The notes beneath the pieces were generated by a model. The model searched no databases. It was not told the DNA's origin and was given only the letters and a program-made list of their open reading frames with translations. The translations under genes and the position numbers were made by a program. Shown here one piece after another: positions 9,189-18,697 of a stretch of 64,000 bases of DNA. Origin of the DNA: a virus (Duplodnaviria > Caudoviricetes); IMG/VR virus record IMGVR_UViG_3300021255_004000, positions 195,308-259,307 of that record; one strand, given 5' to 3'. Every line of letters begins with the position of its first letter. Positions within the stretch are counted from its first letter, which is position 1.

Positions 9189-9926
9189 TTACAGTCCCCA
9201 AGTCAGTTTCTTATTCGGATTGTTTGTACGAATTACAATAAGCTTTCTAGGTGACTTGTTGTTTACAGTTTCAGGCTCGATTGATGTTACAACAAAAGGA
9301 ACCATCCAAGTTTGATTCTGATACATTACAACATCTCCAATCTCAATAGGAACATTGTAACGATCTTTGTGAACGACAGCAGCAATCTTCTTTTTATAAA
9401 CATCTTCAGTCATCTTGATGTAGGCAGCAGATGTTTTGAAGTCATAGATGTCATAATTAAGATTCAGCAACTGATTGAAAACCAAACGAGCAACTTCATT
9501 GCTTTCCACATCGACATATGTGTAGTCATCTTCACTGAATGAGATCCACTTCATTGTAATTTTATCAACAGTGATGAAGTCATCTTCAGAGATTGTAAAT
9601 CTTCTTCCGCTCCAACTGTTATAAGAGTACTTCCCAGGCTCGCTATAATCTTCATAGAAGTCTTTCTTAGGAATGTAATCATTTCCTGATTTGTAAACTT
9701 TTACGCTGCTTTTTGAAAATGTGTACAAAATTGGCTTTTCATAATTTTCATCATACTTGCCGCCAAGGTCAATATCCAACTGATCTGGGCAACTTGGTAA
9801 GGCAAGATTTTCTCCAATGACTGAAGTTGTCCAGTACCTTACTTTGTCGCCGTTTGCTTTTTCCTGAGCAACACTAGTAAATGCTTTTGGGTCAATATAA
9901 ACTGCCTGTCTTATCATTTTTACCAC
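9189..9926 (-). CDS. hypothetical protein
   Basis: 245 aa; C-terminal D..G..I.IGD.V motif. Confidence 0.6.
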   Translation of the reverse strand: MVKMIRQAVYIDPKAFTSVAQEKANGDKVRYWTTSVIGENLALPSCPDQLDIDLGGKYDENYEKPILYTFSKSSVKVYKSGNDYIPKKDFYEDYSEPGKYSYNSWSGRRFTISEDDFITVDKITMKWISFSEDDYTYVDVESNEVARLVFNQLLNLNYDIYDFKTSAAYIKMTEDVYKKKIAAVVHKDRYNVPIEIGDVVMYQNQTWMVPFVVTSIEPETVNNKSPRKLIVIRTNNPNKKLTWGL

Positions 9927-10351
9927 TCCACTTTCATAAGTTCTGGGCCTTCATCTGCTCCGCAAACCCATCTTACTTTAAATCCTTTATCTTCAAAAGC
10001 TTTTGTCATAAAGTTTTCAAACTCTTCAACTTCGCTTTTTGTTGCTTTGTGTTTCCATATTTCTTGGAAATCAATTTCTGCGTTATTGTTTCCAAGATGA
10101 ACAGCTGTTGCAATTAGAGCTGACATCTTCTTAAAGGACCCTTTGCGAAATCTTTCCAAATCTTCCGCATGCATTTTGTCAATATGTTCTCTTGCTTCTG
10201 ATGCAGTAAACTGTTGGTTATCATACCTATGTTCAAGCAAGCTGACTAAACCAAGCGACGCAAAGAACAATAAAACTACTAAAATAATTATAATCATATT
10301 TGTAGGTGTAACCTCCATATTACCAATCGCCCAAGGCCAAATCATTGTCAA
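9920..10351 (-). CDS. hypothetical membrane-anchored protein
   Basis: Single N-terminal TM segment. Confidence 0.55.
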   Translation of the reverse strand: MTMIWPWAIGNMEVTPTNMIIIILVVLLFFASLGLVSLLEHRYDNQQFTASEAREHIDKMHAEDLERFRKGSFKKMSALIATAVHLGNNNAEIDFQEIWKHKATKSEVEEFENFMTKAFEDKGFKVRWVCGADEGPELMKVEW

Positions 10352-10614
10352 TCTCCTATCTTGGCGTTCGATGTCAATACAACATCAGGATTGTGCTCTT
10401 CAAGCGGCTGAATGAATGAAATGAAAACGCTTTCAGGAACATACCCAGTGTTGTCTTCAATCGCTTCCCTAATCACTGTCTTAAATGATTCCATTGTTTC
10501 CCAGGACATTTCAATATGATCACCAGAAGTTTCACTTTCAATTCTCAGATCTCCGTGGCCTACACGACCACCTGAAAGATAGAAAACATACGAAACATAA
10601 AACAGTTTCTTCAT
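10348..10614 (-). CDS. hypothetical protein
   Basis: 88 aa; coupled to neighbours. Confidence 0.55.
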   Translation of the reverse strand: MKKLFYVSYVFYLSGGRVGHGDLRIESETSGDHIEMSWETMESFKTVIREAIEDNTGYVPESVFISFIQPLEEHNPDVVLTSNAKIGD

Positions 10615-10615
10615 A

Positions 10616-11443
10616 TTAAGCCTCCATCATTTTGTAAAACTCTTCATATGTAATTGTTGCAATTCCGAGTTTCTCAGCCTTAACCATTTTTGCTGTTCCT
10701 GTTTCTGATGATACGAGGTATGAAAGTCCTTTCTTTACGCTTTCAACAGTTCCGCCAAGTTCAGCAACTTTTTCCTCGAGAAGTTTTCTTTTCTCTTCAG
10801 GCTTGAAGTCGTTTGAACCTGTGAAGCAGAATGAAAGCCCAGAAAACTTTCCACCTTCAACAACTTTTGCTTTATCTTCGATTGAAACAAGTTTGTAGCA
10901 TTTTTCAATGTCTTCTTTGTTTTCAGCAATAAGGCTGACAAGTTCTTTTGCAGAGTTTTCAGTCCAGCCGTAAACATTTGCAATTTCAGGAACAATGTTT
11001 AAGCCGTTTACAAGTTTCTGAAGATCAAAGCCTGCATCAACCAAAGACTGAATTGATCTTCGTCCATAACCATCAAGGTCAAATGATGCAAGGAAGTCAG
11101 CAGTTTTGAAAGGCTCTGCCATACGCTTTGCAAAGTTGCGGCGAATCTTTTCTGCATTTTTACCGCAAACATTGTCCAAAGAAGGACTGTTCAATTTTGT
11201 AAGGAATTCATAGTTTGATGTGATGTTTTCTGCTTCGACAAAATCCTTAATGATAGCAGGTCCGATCTCAAGGACATTCCAAATGTTTGTCAATTTTTGG
11301 ATTTTGTGAAGTACTTTCTGTTCACAGGTAGGATTCGGGCAAAAAAGAACACCCGATTCATTTATTTCGAGAGCTGTCCCGCATACAGGACAGATTGTAG
11401 GCATATTCCATTTATGTGATTTTGCGTATTCTGCGGCGTTCAT
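10616..11443 (-). CDS. NAD-dependent DNA ligase, C-terminal portion only (Zn finger, HhH, BRCT)
   Basis: PTICPVCGT...LFCPNPTC zinc finger, HhH-like LEIGP / DGYGRR / VYGWT, BRCT GLSFCFTG...KAEKLGI; no KxDG adenylation domain. Confidence 0.82.
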   Translation of the reverse strand: MNAAEYAKSHKWNMPTICPVCGTALEINESGVLFCPNPTCEQKVLHKIQKLTNIWNVLEIGPAIIKDFVEAENITSNYEFLTKLNSPSLDNVCGKNAEKIRRNFAKRMAEPFKTADFLASFDLDGYGRRSIQSLVDAGFDLQKLVNGLNIVPEIANVYGWTENSAKELVSLIAENKEDIEKCYKLVSIEDKAKVVEGGKFSGLSFCFTGSNDFKPEEKRKLLEEKVAELGGTVESVKKGLSYLVSSETGTAKMVKAEKLGIATITYEEFYKMMEA

Positions 11444-11473
11444 AAGTTCCTCCGTTGTTCAATTTACAAAAAT

Positions 11474-11502
11474 AATATAAAAGAACAACGGAGAAAGTTC
11501 AA
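11474..11502 (-). promoter_or_regulatory. class E promoter
   Basis: TTGAAC-17bp-TATATT. Confidence 0.8.
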
Positions 11503-11509
11503 AAATATT

Positions 11510-13312
11510 TTATGCTACTTTGAAATAATTACAAATTGCATCATTTACACTAGAAATAAGCGCAAGGTCTTCTGGTGTTGTTTGTGACTTGTCTGAAACA
11601 AAACATTTATATTTCAAGCATTTTGTAACGAAGAGAGTGAACATCATTCTCTTTTTAAGGCCTTTGTCCAAACCATTTTTGAATGCAGAAATAAGTCTTA
11701 TTACACAGTTGAAAGTATAATCAGCGCCTGGGCCATTAACATAATCGAGATATTCCTTAGTCAACTGATTGTATTCATCAAAAACTTTAATTAAGTTTCC
11801 ACCACCAACAACACCTTCTGTCAAAGCTTCCAAGGCAGACATTGCTTCACCACATTTTCCACCGAAGCCTTTATCACCAATTTCAAGTTCAAGTTGTCCA
11901 TCACCTTTTGTACCATCTGCTTTAATTGAACTCATTGATACCTTAAGACGAATACCTGGGATGCCATCAATCTTTGGCAAGTTGTCTTTATTGATTTGCA
12001 AATCGTGATAGCCTGCTTCAGTCAATGTAAAGAATGGACGAACTCTTGAATATGAAACATTTCCGTCTTTCTCTTTTCCAGGGAGAGCCTTTACAATATA
12101 AAGATCATCAATAGTTGTTTTATCTGAGAACTCTCCAGCGTAAACGCCAGCGACGTGACTTGTGTATTGAGAGAGTTTGTCATAAATCTTGAGTTCTGAG
12201 AATTTCACGTGTGCAGGACCTTTAGGAACTTTTTTCAATGAGATCGGCAAAATCCAACCCATAATTGTACAGATGTTCATATTGTAAATCAAAGACTGCT
12301 TTCTTTTTGAAAGTTGGTCTTCAGCAACATTGTCATCATCTGAAAGTAACTGCATTCTCAACATCTTAACTCTTTGTTTTCTTGTACCTGCTTTACCTTT
12401 AATAGCAGTAAAGTGATCATCATCTTTCAAGAAGTTGTCATACTCTGTTGTCTTAAATGAACCAGCACGGTTGTAAATCTTTTCGAGTTTTGACTCATCA
12501 TTTTCAGCATAAGCAGCAGCAGGAACTTCACCATATCTTAAAGCTTTATAAAGTTCGTCTTCGTGCTCACTGTCAACTAAGAAAATATCTGCAGGTTGAA
12601 CATTGTCTTTGTTGCTCAAACCATAAGAACGATCATCAAACAAAAATCTGAAGTCGTGTTTTCCAAGTGGCTTCAAAAACTCGTGAACAGGAATCCAATG
12701 TACATCTTTTGTTGCAGCTCTTGTATGCATCATACATTCTTTAATGATTGTATAATTTGAACAAGCAAGAATTGAGTTGTTCCACTCTTTGTTATATACA
12801 ACAGCATCAATAGTTGCTTGTGCAATAGGTACTGTTTTTGAAAGACCTTGATTATCAAAGTAATCAAGAAAGCCCTTAGTGCTTTTTGCTTTAATACTTA
12901 CATAAATATCTTCTTTACAGCAAGCAAGAGCAGTAAGTCCTTCCTGAACAGCTGTTATGCTGTTTGCCTCAAGGCCTGAGGCTTTGTCAGCTTTACAAAA
13001 TCCTTTCCAAACGCCCCATTCATTCTTTTCACCAATATCAACGCCAATGCTCTTAAGTAATTCACCAAGTTTATCAACTGCTTCAGGTGAAACAATGGTA
13101 GGGAGATTTTCTACTTCATCAACAATAGAACTTGCATCAATAATAACAGGTTCTGCGTCATCGCCATCTCTTGTATCAACATATCCTTTTTCAATTATGT
13201 TGTTTCTTAAAGTCACATAGTAAGCGCCTGAATGCTTAGTCAGCAACTCGCTTCTTTTAACGTGTTGCTCTTCAATCTTTATAAGATTTTCAAAAAATAA
13301 TTCCATTCCCAT
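11510..13312 (-). CDS. hypothetical late protein (possible virion internal protein)
   Basis: 600 aa; ACTAATT motif 12 nt upstream of the ATG; N-terminal LFFENL motif. Confidence 0.6.
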   Translation of the reverse strand: MGMELFFENLIKIEEQHVKRSELLTKHSGAYYVTLRNNIIEKGYVDTRDGDDAEPVIIDASSIVDEVENLPTIVSPEAVDKLGELLKSIGVDIGEKNEWGVWKGFCKADKASGLEANSITAVQEGLTALACCKEDIYVSIKAKSTKGFLDYFDNQGLSKTVPIAQATIDAVVYNKEWNNSILACSNYTIIKECMMHTRAATKDVHWIPVHEFLKPLGKHDFRFLFDDRSYGLSNKDNVQPADIFLVDSEHEDELYKALRYGEVPAAAYAENDESKLEKIYNRAGSFKTTEYDNFLKDDDHFTAIKGKAGTRKQRVKMLRMQLLSDDDNVAEDQLSKRKQSLIYNMNICTIMGWILPISLKKVPKGPAHVKFSELKIYDKLSQYTSHVAGVYAGEFSDKTTIDDLYIVKALPGKEKDGNVSYSRVRPFFTLTEAGYHDLQINKDNLPKIDGIPGIRLKVSMSSIKADGTKGDGQLELEIGDKGFGGKCGEAMSALEALTEGVVGGGNLIKVFDEYNQLTKEYLDYVNGPGADYTFNCVIRLISAFKNGLDKGLKKRMMFTLFVTKCLKYKCFVSDKSQTTPEDLALISSVNDAICNYFKVA

Positions 13313-13324
13313 AATGTAATTAGT

Positions 13325-13353
13325 AAAAAAGGACAGGTTTTTGCCTGTCCTTT
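13325..13353 (-). terminator. intrinsic terminator
   Basis: AAAGGACAGG-loop-CCTGTCCTTT followed by a T-run on the minus strand. Confidence 0.75.
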
Positions 13354-13387
13354 ATAACTTTTATATTCCTTTATAACTTTTTATAAC

Positions 13388-14533
13388 TTAATATGCACCG
13401 AAGTCAATGTGCTTTGAAACTGTCAAGCATTCAAGCTTGAGATTGTGTTTCTTACGGAATGTCTGATCTCCAGCAGAAATCCAAATGTCTCCGTCTTCAT
13501 CCTTGAACTGTACCCAGTAAGGATCATTTACATCAACATCTGGGTAGAAGCCCTGCCATCTGTCAATCTGAATGTTACCTGTCGGAATAAGTGCAGGCTT
13601 GAGTGAAACTTCCCTAAACTTAAACTTAATGTAGCAGTAATCATTGAGCCAGCCTTTGCAAAGTCCTTTTGATGTGTTCCAAGTATCAGTTACTGTGAAC
13701 TGGTGTCCGTCAAGTGAGAATGTTGCAGCAATATCAATTTCCAACTTGCTTTCGCTGATGTTCATAATCTGAGCGATGTCTTCAACACTCATAGTTGGGA
13801 ATGAGTTCATTTCTTTTACGATAGACTGAACGATGTCAAGCGACTGTACACGAGAACCACGCAAAACATCAACAACATCTTTAATGTCATCCCATCTTGA
13901 CTTAATCAAATTGTCTTTGCAGTACTCTTCGATTGCAGCTTCTGAAATGTTTTCATAGCGGAAATGATAGCGAATACGACCTGGGCGTGAAATCAGATTT
14001 TCATTGAGAGAGAAAACATCGTTCACTGAAAGCAAGTACAAATTGTGTGAAAGTGATTTTGTACCGTCAAGCACTGAAAGCAATGATTCCTGTGGAGTCA
14101 TACCTTCATCACCGTTCTTTTTGAACATCTTTTCAAATTCATCGAGAACAACAACACATTCTTTCAAGTCACTCAAAACATTAGGAAGCAAGTCTGTGTA
14201 CTGATCTACAACGATGACAGGTCTTGTCTTAATGTAATGTTCAACAATAAGACGGATTGTCAATGATTTACCTAAACCTTTATTTCCAGAGAATAAAGCT
14301 CCAACATTTTTGTCTTTTTCGATGTCGTAAGACTCCCAAACGTGCTTTGCAAAACTTTCTGCATCGCCGTAGATTTTACCGTGAGAAGTTTTGTAATCTT
14401 CCATCTTATAGAAGTAAGGCGCGTTGGTCATTGGACGGTAGCCGATGCCCCAAGCTCCAGCAGGAAGTTGGTCTACTGTTTTGAGAGCCTCACCTTCAAA
14501 ATAAGTTGCCTCATTGTTGGCTATGATGTACAT
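13388..14533 (-). CDS. AAA+ ATPase
   Basis: Walker A GNKGLGKS, Walker B VVLDEFEK, SRPGRIRY arginine finger. Confidence 0.85.
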   Translation of the reverse strand: MYIIANNEATYFEGEALKTVDQLPAGAWGIGYRPMTNAPYFYKMEDYKTSHGKIYGDAESFAKHVWESYDIEKDKNVGALFSGNKGLGKSLTIRLIVEHYIKTRPVIVVDQYTDLLPNVLSDLKECVVVLDEFEKMFKKNGDEGMTPQESLLSVLDGTKSLSHNLYLLSVNDVFSLNENLISRPGRIRYHFRYENISEAAIEEYCKDNLIKSRWDDIKDVVDVLRGSRVQSLDIVQSIVKEMNSFPTMSVEDIAQIMNISESKLEIDIAATFSLDGHQFTVTDTWNTSKGLCKGWLNDYCYIKFKFREVSLKPALIPTGNIQIDRWQGFYPDVDVNDPYWVQFKDEDGDIWISAGDQTFRKKHNLKLECLTVSKHIDFGAY

Positions 14534-14579
14534 TTATGTACCTCCAAAAAATATTTTAATCTTCTGTTATTATATTAAC

Positions 14580-15488
14580 TTAATTTGGCTTCCACATAGG
14601 ATTTTTATTTCTCATTCTTTGCTGTTGTTTGTAACTCATTTTTGTTTTAACAGGCTTTTGTTCTTCCTCATCTGCATCAAGCAATGACTGCATTCTTGTC
14701 ATAGCATCTTCATCACTCATATCCATTGTGATCATGCCTTTTGCTTTATTGCTTAACACTGGCTGAATATATGCGATTGCATCATTTACTGGTTCCATTG
14801 CAAACTCAGTAAACAGCTGAGGCCTATAAGGAATGCGGCTTTCACTGTCACCGTCTTTTATCTCTGGAATGTCTTCACCTTCAAAGAAATCAGGCCAAGC
14901 ATCAAGAATTAAACTTATATCTTTTTCATTAAAATCTTCAACTTTAACATCTTGTTCTTTTAAGTAATCTTTAAACTCTTTTGCAGTACCACACTTTTTA
15001 ATAAAGTCTGAGAGTGAAATTGTGTTGAAAAGATCTGCTTTAATTAAAGAAATTGTAGAAATTCCACCGTGTGAAAATTGCCCATCATCTTCATCAATCT
15101 TCTCATCAAAAAGCAGTCTGGCGTGTTCTTCATTTGCAGCCAATGCCTTCCTATAAGGCGTTACTTTTTTGCCGTTTAGATTTGTTCCCCACTTCTTTCC
15201 AAGTTCAACAGCTTTGTTCTGTGCTTCTTCTGCAGGAGTAAGTTTATACTTTTCAGCAAGTTCTTTTTTGATTTTGTCAAAGTCTGGAAAGTCAAACTGG
15301 ATTGTCCAATCAGAGTGATCATCAGCTTCTGTAAGTTTACCACCAAGCAAACTTGCAACATCAGCAGAAACAACTTGTCGAGAAACGCCTCCTCGATCTA
15401 TACTTTTTGACATATCTGGTATTTGTGACCAAGCGTCAAGAAAGTCTTTACTTCTTTTCACCACTATACTTTCATTGAATCTTTGCAT
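14580..15488 (-). CDS. hypothetical protein
   Basis: 302 aa ORF. Confidence 0.6.
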   Translation of the reverse strand: MQRFNESIVVKRSKDFLDAWSQIPDMSKSIDRGGVSRQVVSADVASLLGGKLTEADDHSDWTIQFDFPDFDKIKKELAEKYKLTPAEEAQNKAVELGKKWGTNLNGKKVTPYRKALAANEEHARLLFDEKIDEDDGQFSHGGISTISLIKADLFNTISLSDFIKKCGTAKEFKDYLKEQDVKVEDFNEKDISLILDAWPDFFEGEDIPEIKDGDSESRIPYRPQLFTEFAMEPVNDAIAYIQPVLSNKAKGMITMDMSDEDAMTRMQSLLDADEEEQKPVKTKMSYKQQQRMRNKNPMWKPN

Positions 15489-15491
15489 TCG

Positions 15492-15899
15492 TTACTCCAT
15501 AAATTGTTCCATCTGTAAACCACCAGCCAAATATCCTGTAACTCTTTTTGGTAAACCTGTCGTCATAACTGGAATCATTGTACCATAAGTAACAGATCCT
15601 TGTACATTAGTTTGAATTGCACCAGTTTTCTTTAATTCATATTTATAATACTCATCATAAGAGTCACAGTACTCAACTTCTTTATTTTCAAAATATGTTG
15701 GCAGATAATCTATGATTTGTTCAGCATCTTCATAAGTAACAATAATTTTGCCATCTTTTGTCTGTCCCATAGTTGCATCAAGATATGCTTTCAAACTGTC
15801 TGTTGTGCCAAATGACATACTGCGAAACTTGATTGGGCCTGTGTTTCCAAATGAAGGAACAGGAGATGCTATTCTTCTTATACTTGACAATATTCCCAT
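15492..15899 (-). CDS. hypothetical protein
   Basis: 135 aa; GTTAATAT motif directly upstream. Confidence 0.6.
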   Translation of the reverse strand: MGILSSIRRIASPVPSFGNTGPIKFRSMSFGTTDSLKAYLDATMGQTKDGKIIVTYEDAEQIIDYLPTYFENKEVEYCDSYDEYYKYELKKTGAIQTNVQGSVTYGTMIPVMTTGLPKRVTGYLAGGLQMEQFME

Positions 15900-15913
15900 A
15901 ATTGAATATTAAC

Positions 15914-15937
15914 AAAAAAGGCGAGCCGAAGCCCGCC
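15914..15937 (-). terminator. intrinsic terminator closing the flaA unit
   Basis: GGCGGGC-TTCG-GCTCGCC-TTTTTT on the minus strand. Confidence 0.75.
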
Positions 15938-15960
15938 AGTAGAGTCCGAGACCCTAGGTT

Positions 15961-16791
15961 TTATTTTGCATCTTCTTTTTCTTCTGAAGCCATCAAAGTT
16001 TTTTCAACTTCACGAATGCGGTTGCGTTCTGCAATATCTGCTTTAACTCGCTTTTCAACATTATCTGTTTCTTTTATGCCAAACTCTTCTTTAAGAGTTT
16101 TTGCTGCTTCAAGCTGTTCGTCTGTAAATGCTTTATCACAAACAACCACAACAGATTTCAAATAAAAGATGGAATATTCACTGTAAGTACTGTAACCTGA
16201 AGGAGCATTTGTTTTAATGCGGAAGCCTCTTAAATATAAACCGTCCGCATCTGCACCGAGTACAGGAGATGTTACAATCTCGCGTTTCTTATAATCTTTT
16301 TCATACAATGGATTTTCAAAAGTTAGTGTGAACTCTTCCATTGACTTAATTGCATTAAAGTCCTGCGGCATTTTAATCGACTTAATAGGACCCATAGGCG
16401 ATGTTGAGTAAAGTAATATAATTTCATCGTATGGACGATTAGTTGTTGCAGTAACTTTAATTGATTTTATTGCACCAGCATTCTGAATAACACCTGCGCC
16501 ATCAACGCCTTCATTAAGGAACGAAGGATATGCAGTCAAAATATCATAGGATGTTGAAATATCCTTAGGTACTTTTGTTGCAAGGAAACGCAAGCCTTTT
16601 TCATTTGGCTCAAGAATTGTCAACTCTGACTTGTTAAAGTAGCCACTTGTTGAGCTAATTTCAAAGTTGCTTACATAATCATAACCATCAACATCAGCTT
16701 TTGCTGCTGAGCTGAACAACACCTGTTCTTGTGCGCAAAGCAATATACAAGTTGCAAACATTACACACAAGAATGACAAAAATCTTTTCAC
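15961..16791 (-). CDS. flaA: spirochete flagellar filament sheath protein FlaA homolog
   Basis: Sec signal peptide; GAGVIQNAGAIKSIKV, FENPLYEKDYKKREIVTSPV, YLKSVVVVCDKA and EEFGI..ERNRIREVEKTLMASE parallel remembered Treponema FlaA motifs (GVIKNVGTIKSIAV, WNNPSYISDVRSRE, YFKDVKIIYDKA). Confidence 0.75.
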   Translation of the reverse strand: MKRFLSFLCVMFATCILLCAQEQVLFSSAAKADVDGYDYVSNFEISSTSGYFNKSELTILEPNEKGLRFLATKVPKDISTSYDILTAYPSFLNEGVDGAGVIQNAGAIKSIKVTATTNRPYDEIILLYSTSPMGPIKSIKMPQDFNAIKSMEEFTLTFENPLYEKDYKKREIVTSPVLGADADGLYLRGFRIKTNAPSGYSTYSEYSIFYLKSVVVVCDKAFTDEQLEAAKTLKEEFGIKETDNVEKRVKADIAERNRIREVEKTLMASEEKEDAK

Positions 16792-17126
16792 TGTCGTACT
16801 CCTATGTACACATCAAAAACATCATCAGCGCAGTCATTCTTCAAAGAAATAAGCCATACTTCTTTGAAGCCGCCAATGTTTTTATCGTTCAATTTGTTGA
16901 TGAATGACAATAAATCAACCAAGTATTTATTCCATTCACCACTTCCATTCTTTCCACCATAAAGATGGACAACCAAATGAGTTCCTTCTTTGACTTTTGC
17001 AACAAAGTCAAGTTTTAAGTTGGACCATTCACATCCTTCCAATGATCTTGTAACTCTTGTTACTATATCACCATTAGGAATATCTATCCAAGTCTCGCCA
17101 AATTCGTTAGTTATTTTATCTTCCAA
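16788..17126 (-). CDS. hypothetical protein
   Basis: 112 aa; overlaps the flaA start. Confidence 0.55.
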   Translation of the reverse strand: MEDKITNEFGETWIDIPNGDIVTRVTRSLEGCEWSNLKLDFVAKVKEGTHLVVHLYGGKNGSGEWNKYLVDLLSFINKLNDKNIGGFKEVWLISLKNDCADDVFDVYIGVRQ

Positions 17127-17419
17127 TTTTCTGTCCTGTGTAATTGAATAAAGCAGAAATCATCTGTTTCTGCAACCAAATGATCAGTTGGCTCAAGATA
17201 TCCAATCTGAGTATATGCTGATGAATTGACTGCATCTTTCAATGTCTTTTCTGTGTAAGCAAGATCATTGTCAGCAGTATAATTTCCGTAAAGTTCTTTT
17301 ACCAAAGTTTCTTTTGGATTCTTGTCGTCAGGACTTACAGCCGCAACAAGATCCGCTGCTACAGAGTTGTTGATAAAAAACCTAACCTTACAAAGAATAA
17401 GTCCTTTCTTCATAATCAA
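17111..17419 (-). CDS. hypothetical protein
   Basis: 102 aa; GGAGG RBS after a GTTAATATA motif. Confidence 0.55.
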   Translation of the reverse strand: MIMKKGLILCKVRFFINNSVAADLVAAVSPDDKNPKETLVKELYGNYTADNDLAYTEKTLKDAVNSSAYTQIGYLEPTDHLVAETDDFCFIQLHRTENWKIK

Positions 17420-17439
17420 CCTCCATAAGTTATATTAAC

Positions 17440-18291
17440 TTATTTAAGAAGCGCAAGTACTGTTGATGACTGACTGTTTGCATTTGCCAACATTGCAGTT
17501 GACGCCTGCTGAAGAATTGCGTTCTTAGTATAATCAACCATTGCTGTTGCCATATCTTCATCACGGATAACGCTTTCTGAAGATGTAAGGTTTTCAGCAG
17601 CAACATCAATACCTTTCTGTGTAAGTTCCATTCTGTTCTGAACTGCACCAAGATCAGCACGCTGCTTGTTTACAACTTTCAATGCTTCGTCGACTGTTGC
17701 GATAGTTGAGTTTGCTTCATCAGCAGATGCGATAGAAATTGTGTTACCTGCTTCTCCCTGGATATCTTTCAAACCAAGTGCAGCAGCTGTTGCAGATTCG
17801 ATGTTGATGCTAATACGCTGGTCAGCATTTGCGCCAATCTGGAATGTCATTTCAGTTCCTGCTTCTTTTCCAAAGCGGCCTGTCAACATATTCATACCAT
17901 TGAACTGTGCAGAACTTGCAATGCGGTCAACTTCTGAAACAAGCTGAGAAACTTCAACCTGAATCTGCATACGGTCTTCATCACTGTAAAGTCCATTGCT
18001 TGACTGAACAGCAAGTTCACGAATACGCTGCAAGATGTCAGAAGTTTCCTGAAGGTAACCTTCTGTTGTCTGAATGAAGCTTACGCCGTTTGAAACATTT
18101 TTTGATGCCTGATTAAGACCACGAATCTGTGAACGCATCTTTTCAGAGATTGCAAGGCCGGCAGCATCGTCACCAGCACGATTGATTTTCTCTCCACTTG
18201 AGAGCTTTTCCATTGAGCTTTTCAATGCAGCAGTGTTAAGTCCTTCCTGTCTTGCTGCAAATATTGAACTCATATTATGATTTATCACCAT
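17440..18291 (-). CDS. flaB: flagellin, spirochete periplasmic flagellar core protein FlaB
   Basis: [84 protein letters not shown]; the 283 aa length lacking D2/D3 is typical of Treponema FlaB. Confidence 0.96.
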   Translation of the reverse strand: MVINHNMSSIFAARQEGLNTAALKSSMEKLSSGEKINRAGDDAAGLAISEKMRSQIRGLNQASKNVSNGVSFIQTTEGYLQETSDILQRIRELAVQSSNGLYSDEDRMQIQVEVSQLVSEVDRIASSAQFNGMNMLTGRFGKEAGTEMTFQIGANADQRISINIESATAAALGLKDIQGEAGNTISIASADEANSTIATVDEALKVVNKQRADLGAVQNRMELTQKGIDVAAENLTSSESVIRDEDMATAMVDYTKNAILQQASTAMLANANSQSSTVLALLK

Positions 18292-18297
18292 ATTGTA

Positions 18298-18351
18298 AGC
18301 CCCTCCTATAGGCTACATAAGGTGGCTTCCTTGCCACCTTATTATATTAAC
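18298..18351 (-). promoter_or_regulatory. flaB leader: GTTAATATA promoter plus two GGA-loop hairpins
   Basis: AAGGTGGC-AAGGAA-GCCACCTT and AGCC-TATAGGAGG-GGCT. Confidence 0.7.
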
Positions 18352-18362
18352 TCAAAAATCTT

Positions 18363-18620
18363 TTAACAGTTTGTTGTTATGTAATCGTGAAGCTCATTGG
18401 CAAGTGCCTTAATCTCTTCATCAGAAACCATACTGTTGTTCAATGCATCTGTAACAATAGTTGCAAATGTCTTTGGCGAACCTGCAGCTTCATAGAGATC
18501 GTCAAATGCATCAACGATTTTATTGTGAATAGCATAAGTGTCAATAGTCTCTTTCATATGCTTCTGATTGTCTTTGCTTTCATTGCAATTAACAATGCTT
18601 TCAAATAATTCTTTTTTCAT
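18363..18620 (-). CDS. small late protein
   Basis: ACTAATT motif plus GAGGA RBS; begins MKKELFESIVNCNES. Confidence 0.6.
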   Translation of the reverse strand: MKKELFESIVNCNESKDNQKHMKETIDTYAIHNKIVDAFDDLYEAAGSPKTFATIVTDALNNSMVSDEEIKALANELHDYITTNC

Positions 18621-18697
18621 TTAAATCCTCTTATAAATTAGTTTTGAAATCATTAAAGGCTGCCTTTAAGCAGCCAATAATCAACAAGGAATAAGCT

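Noticed and set aside
13350-13389. Short TTATAACTT tandem repeats
   Set aside because: Low-complexity AT-rich 3' UTR duplication with no spacer structure; not a CRISPR array
1718-18291. Interpreting the NAD genes and flagellins as host chromosome flanking a prophage
   Set aside because: They are interleaved with phage-type ORFs and share the same promoter and terminator motifs as the rest of the window; no integrase, att site or other housekeeping genes were seen
18292-18362. sigma28 promoter for flaB
   Set aside because: No TAAA-N15-GCCGATAA match was seen; the phage GTTAATATA motif is present instead
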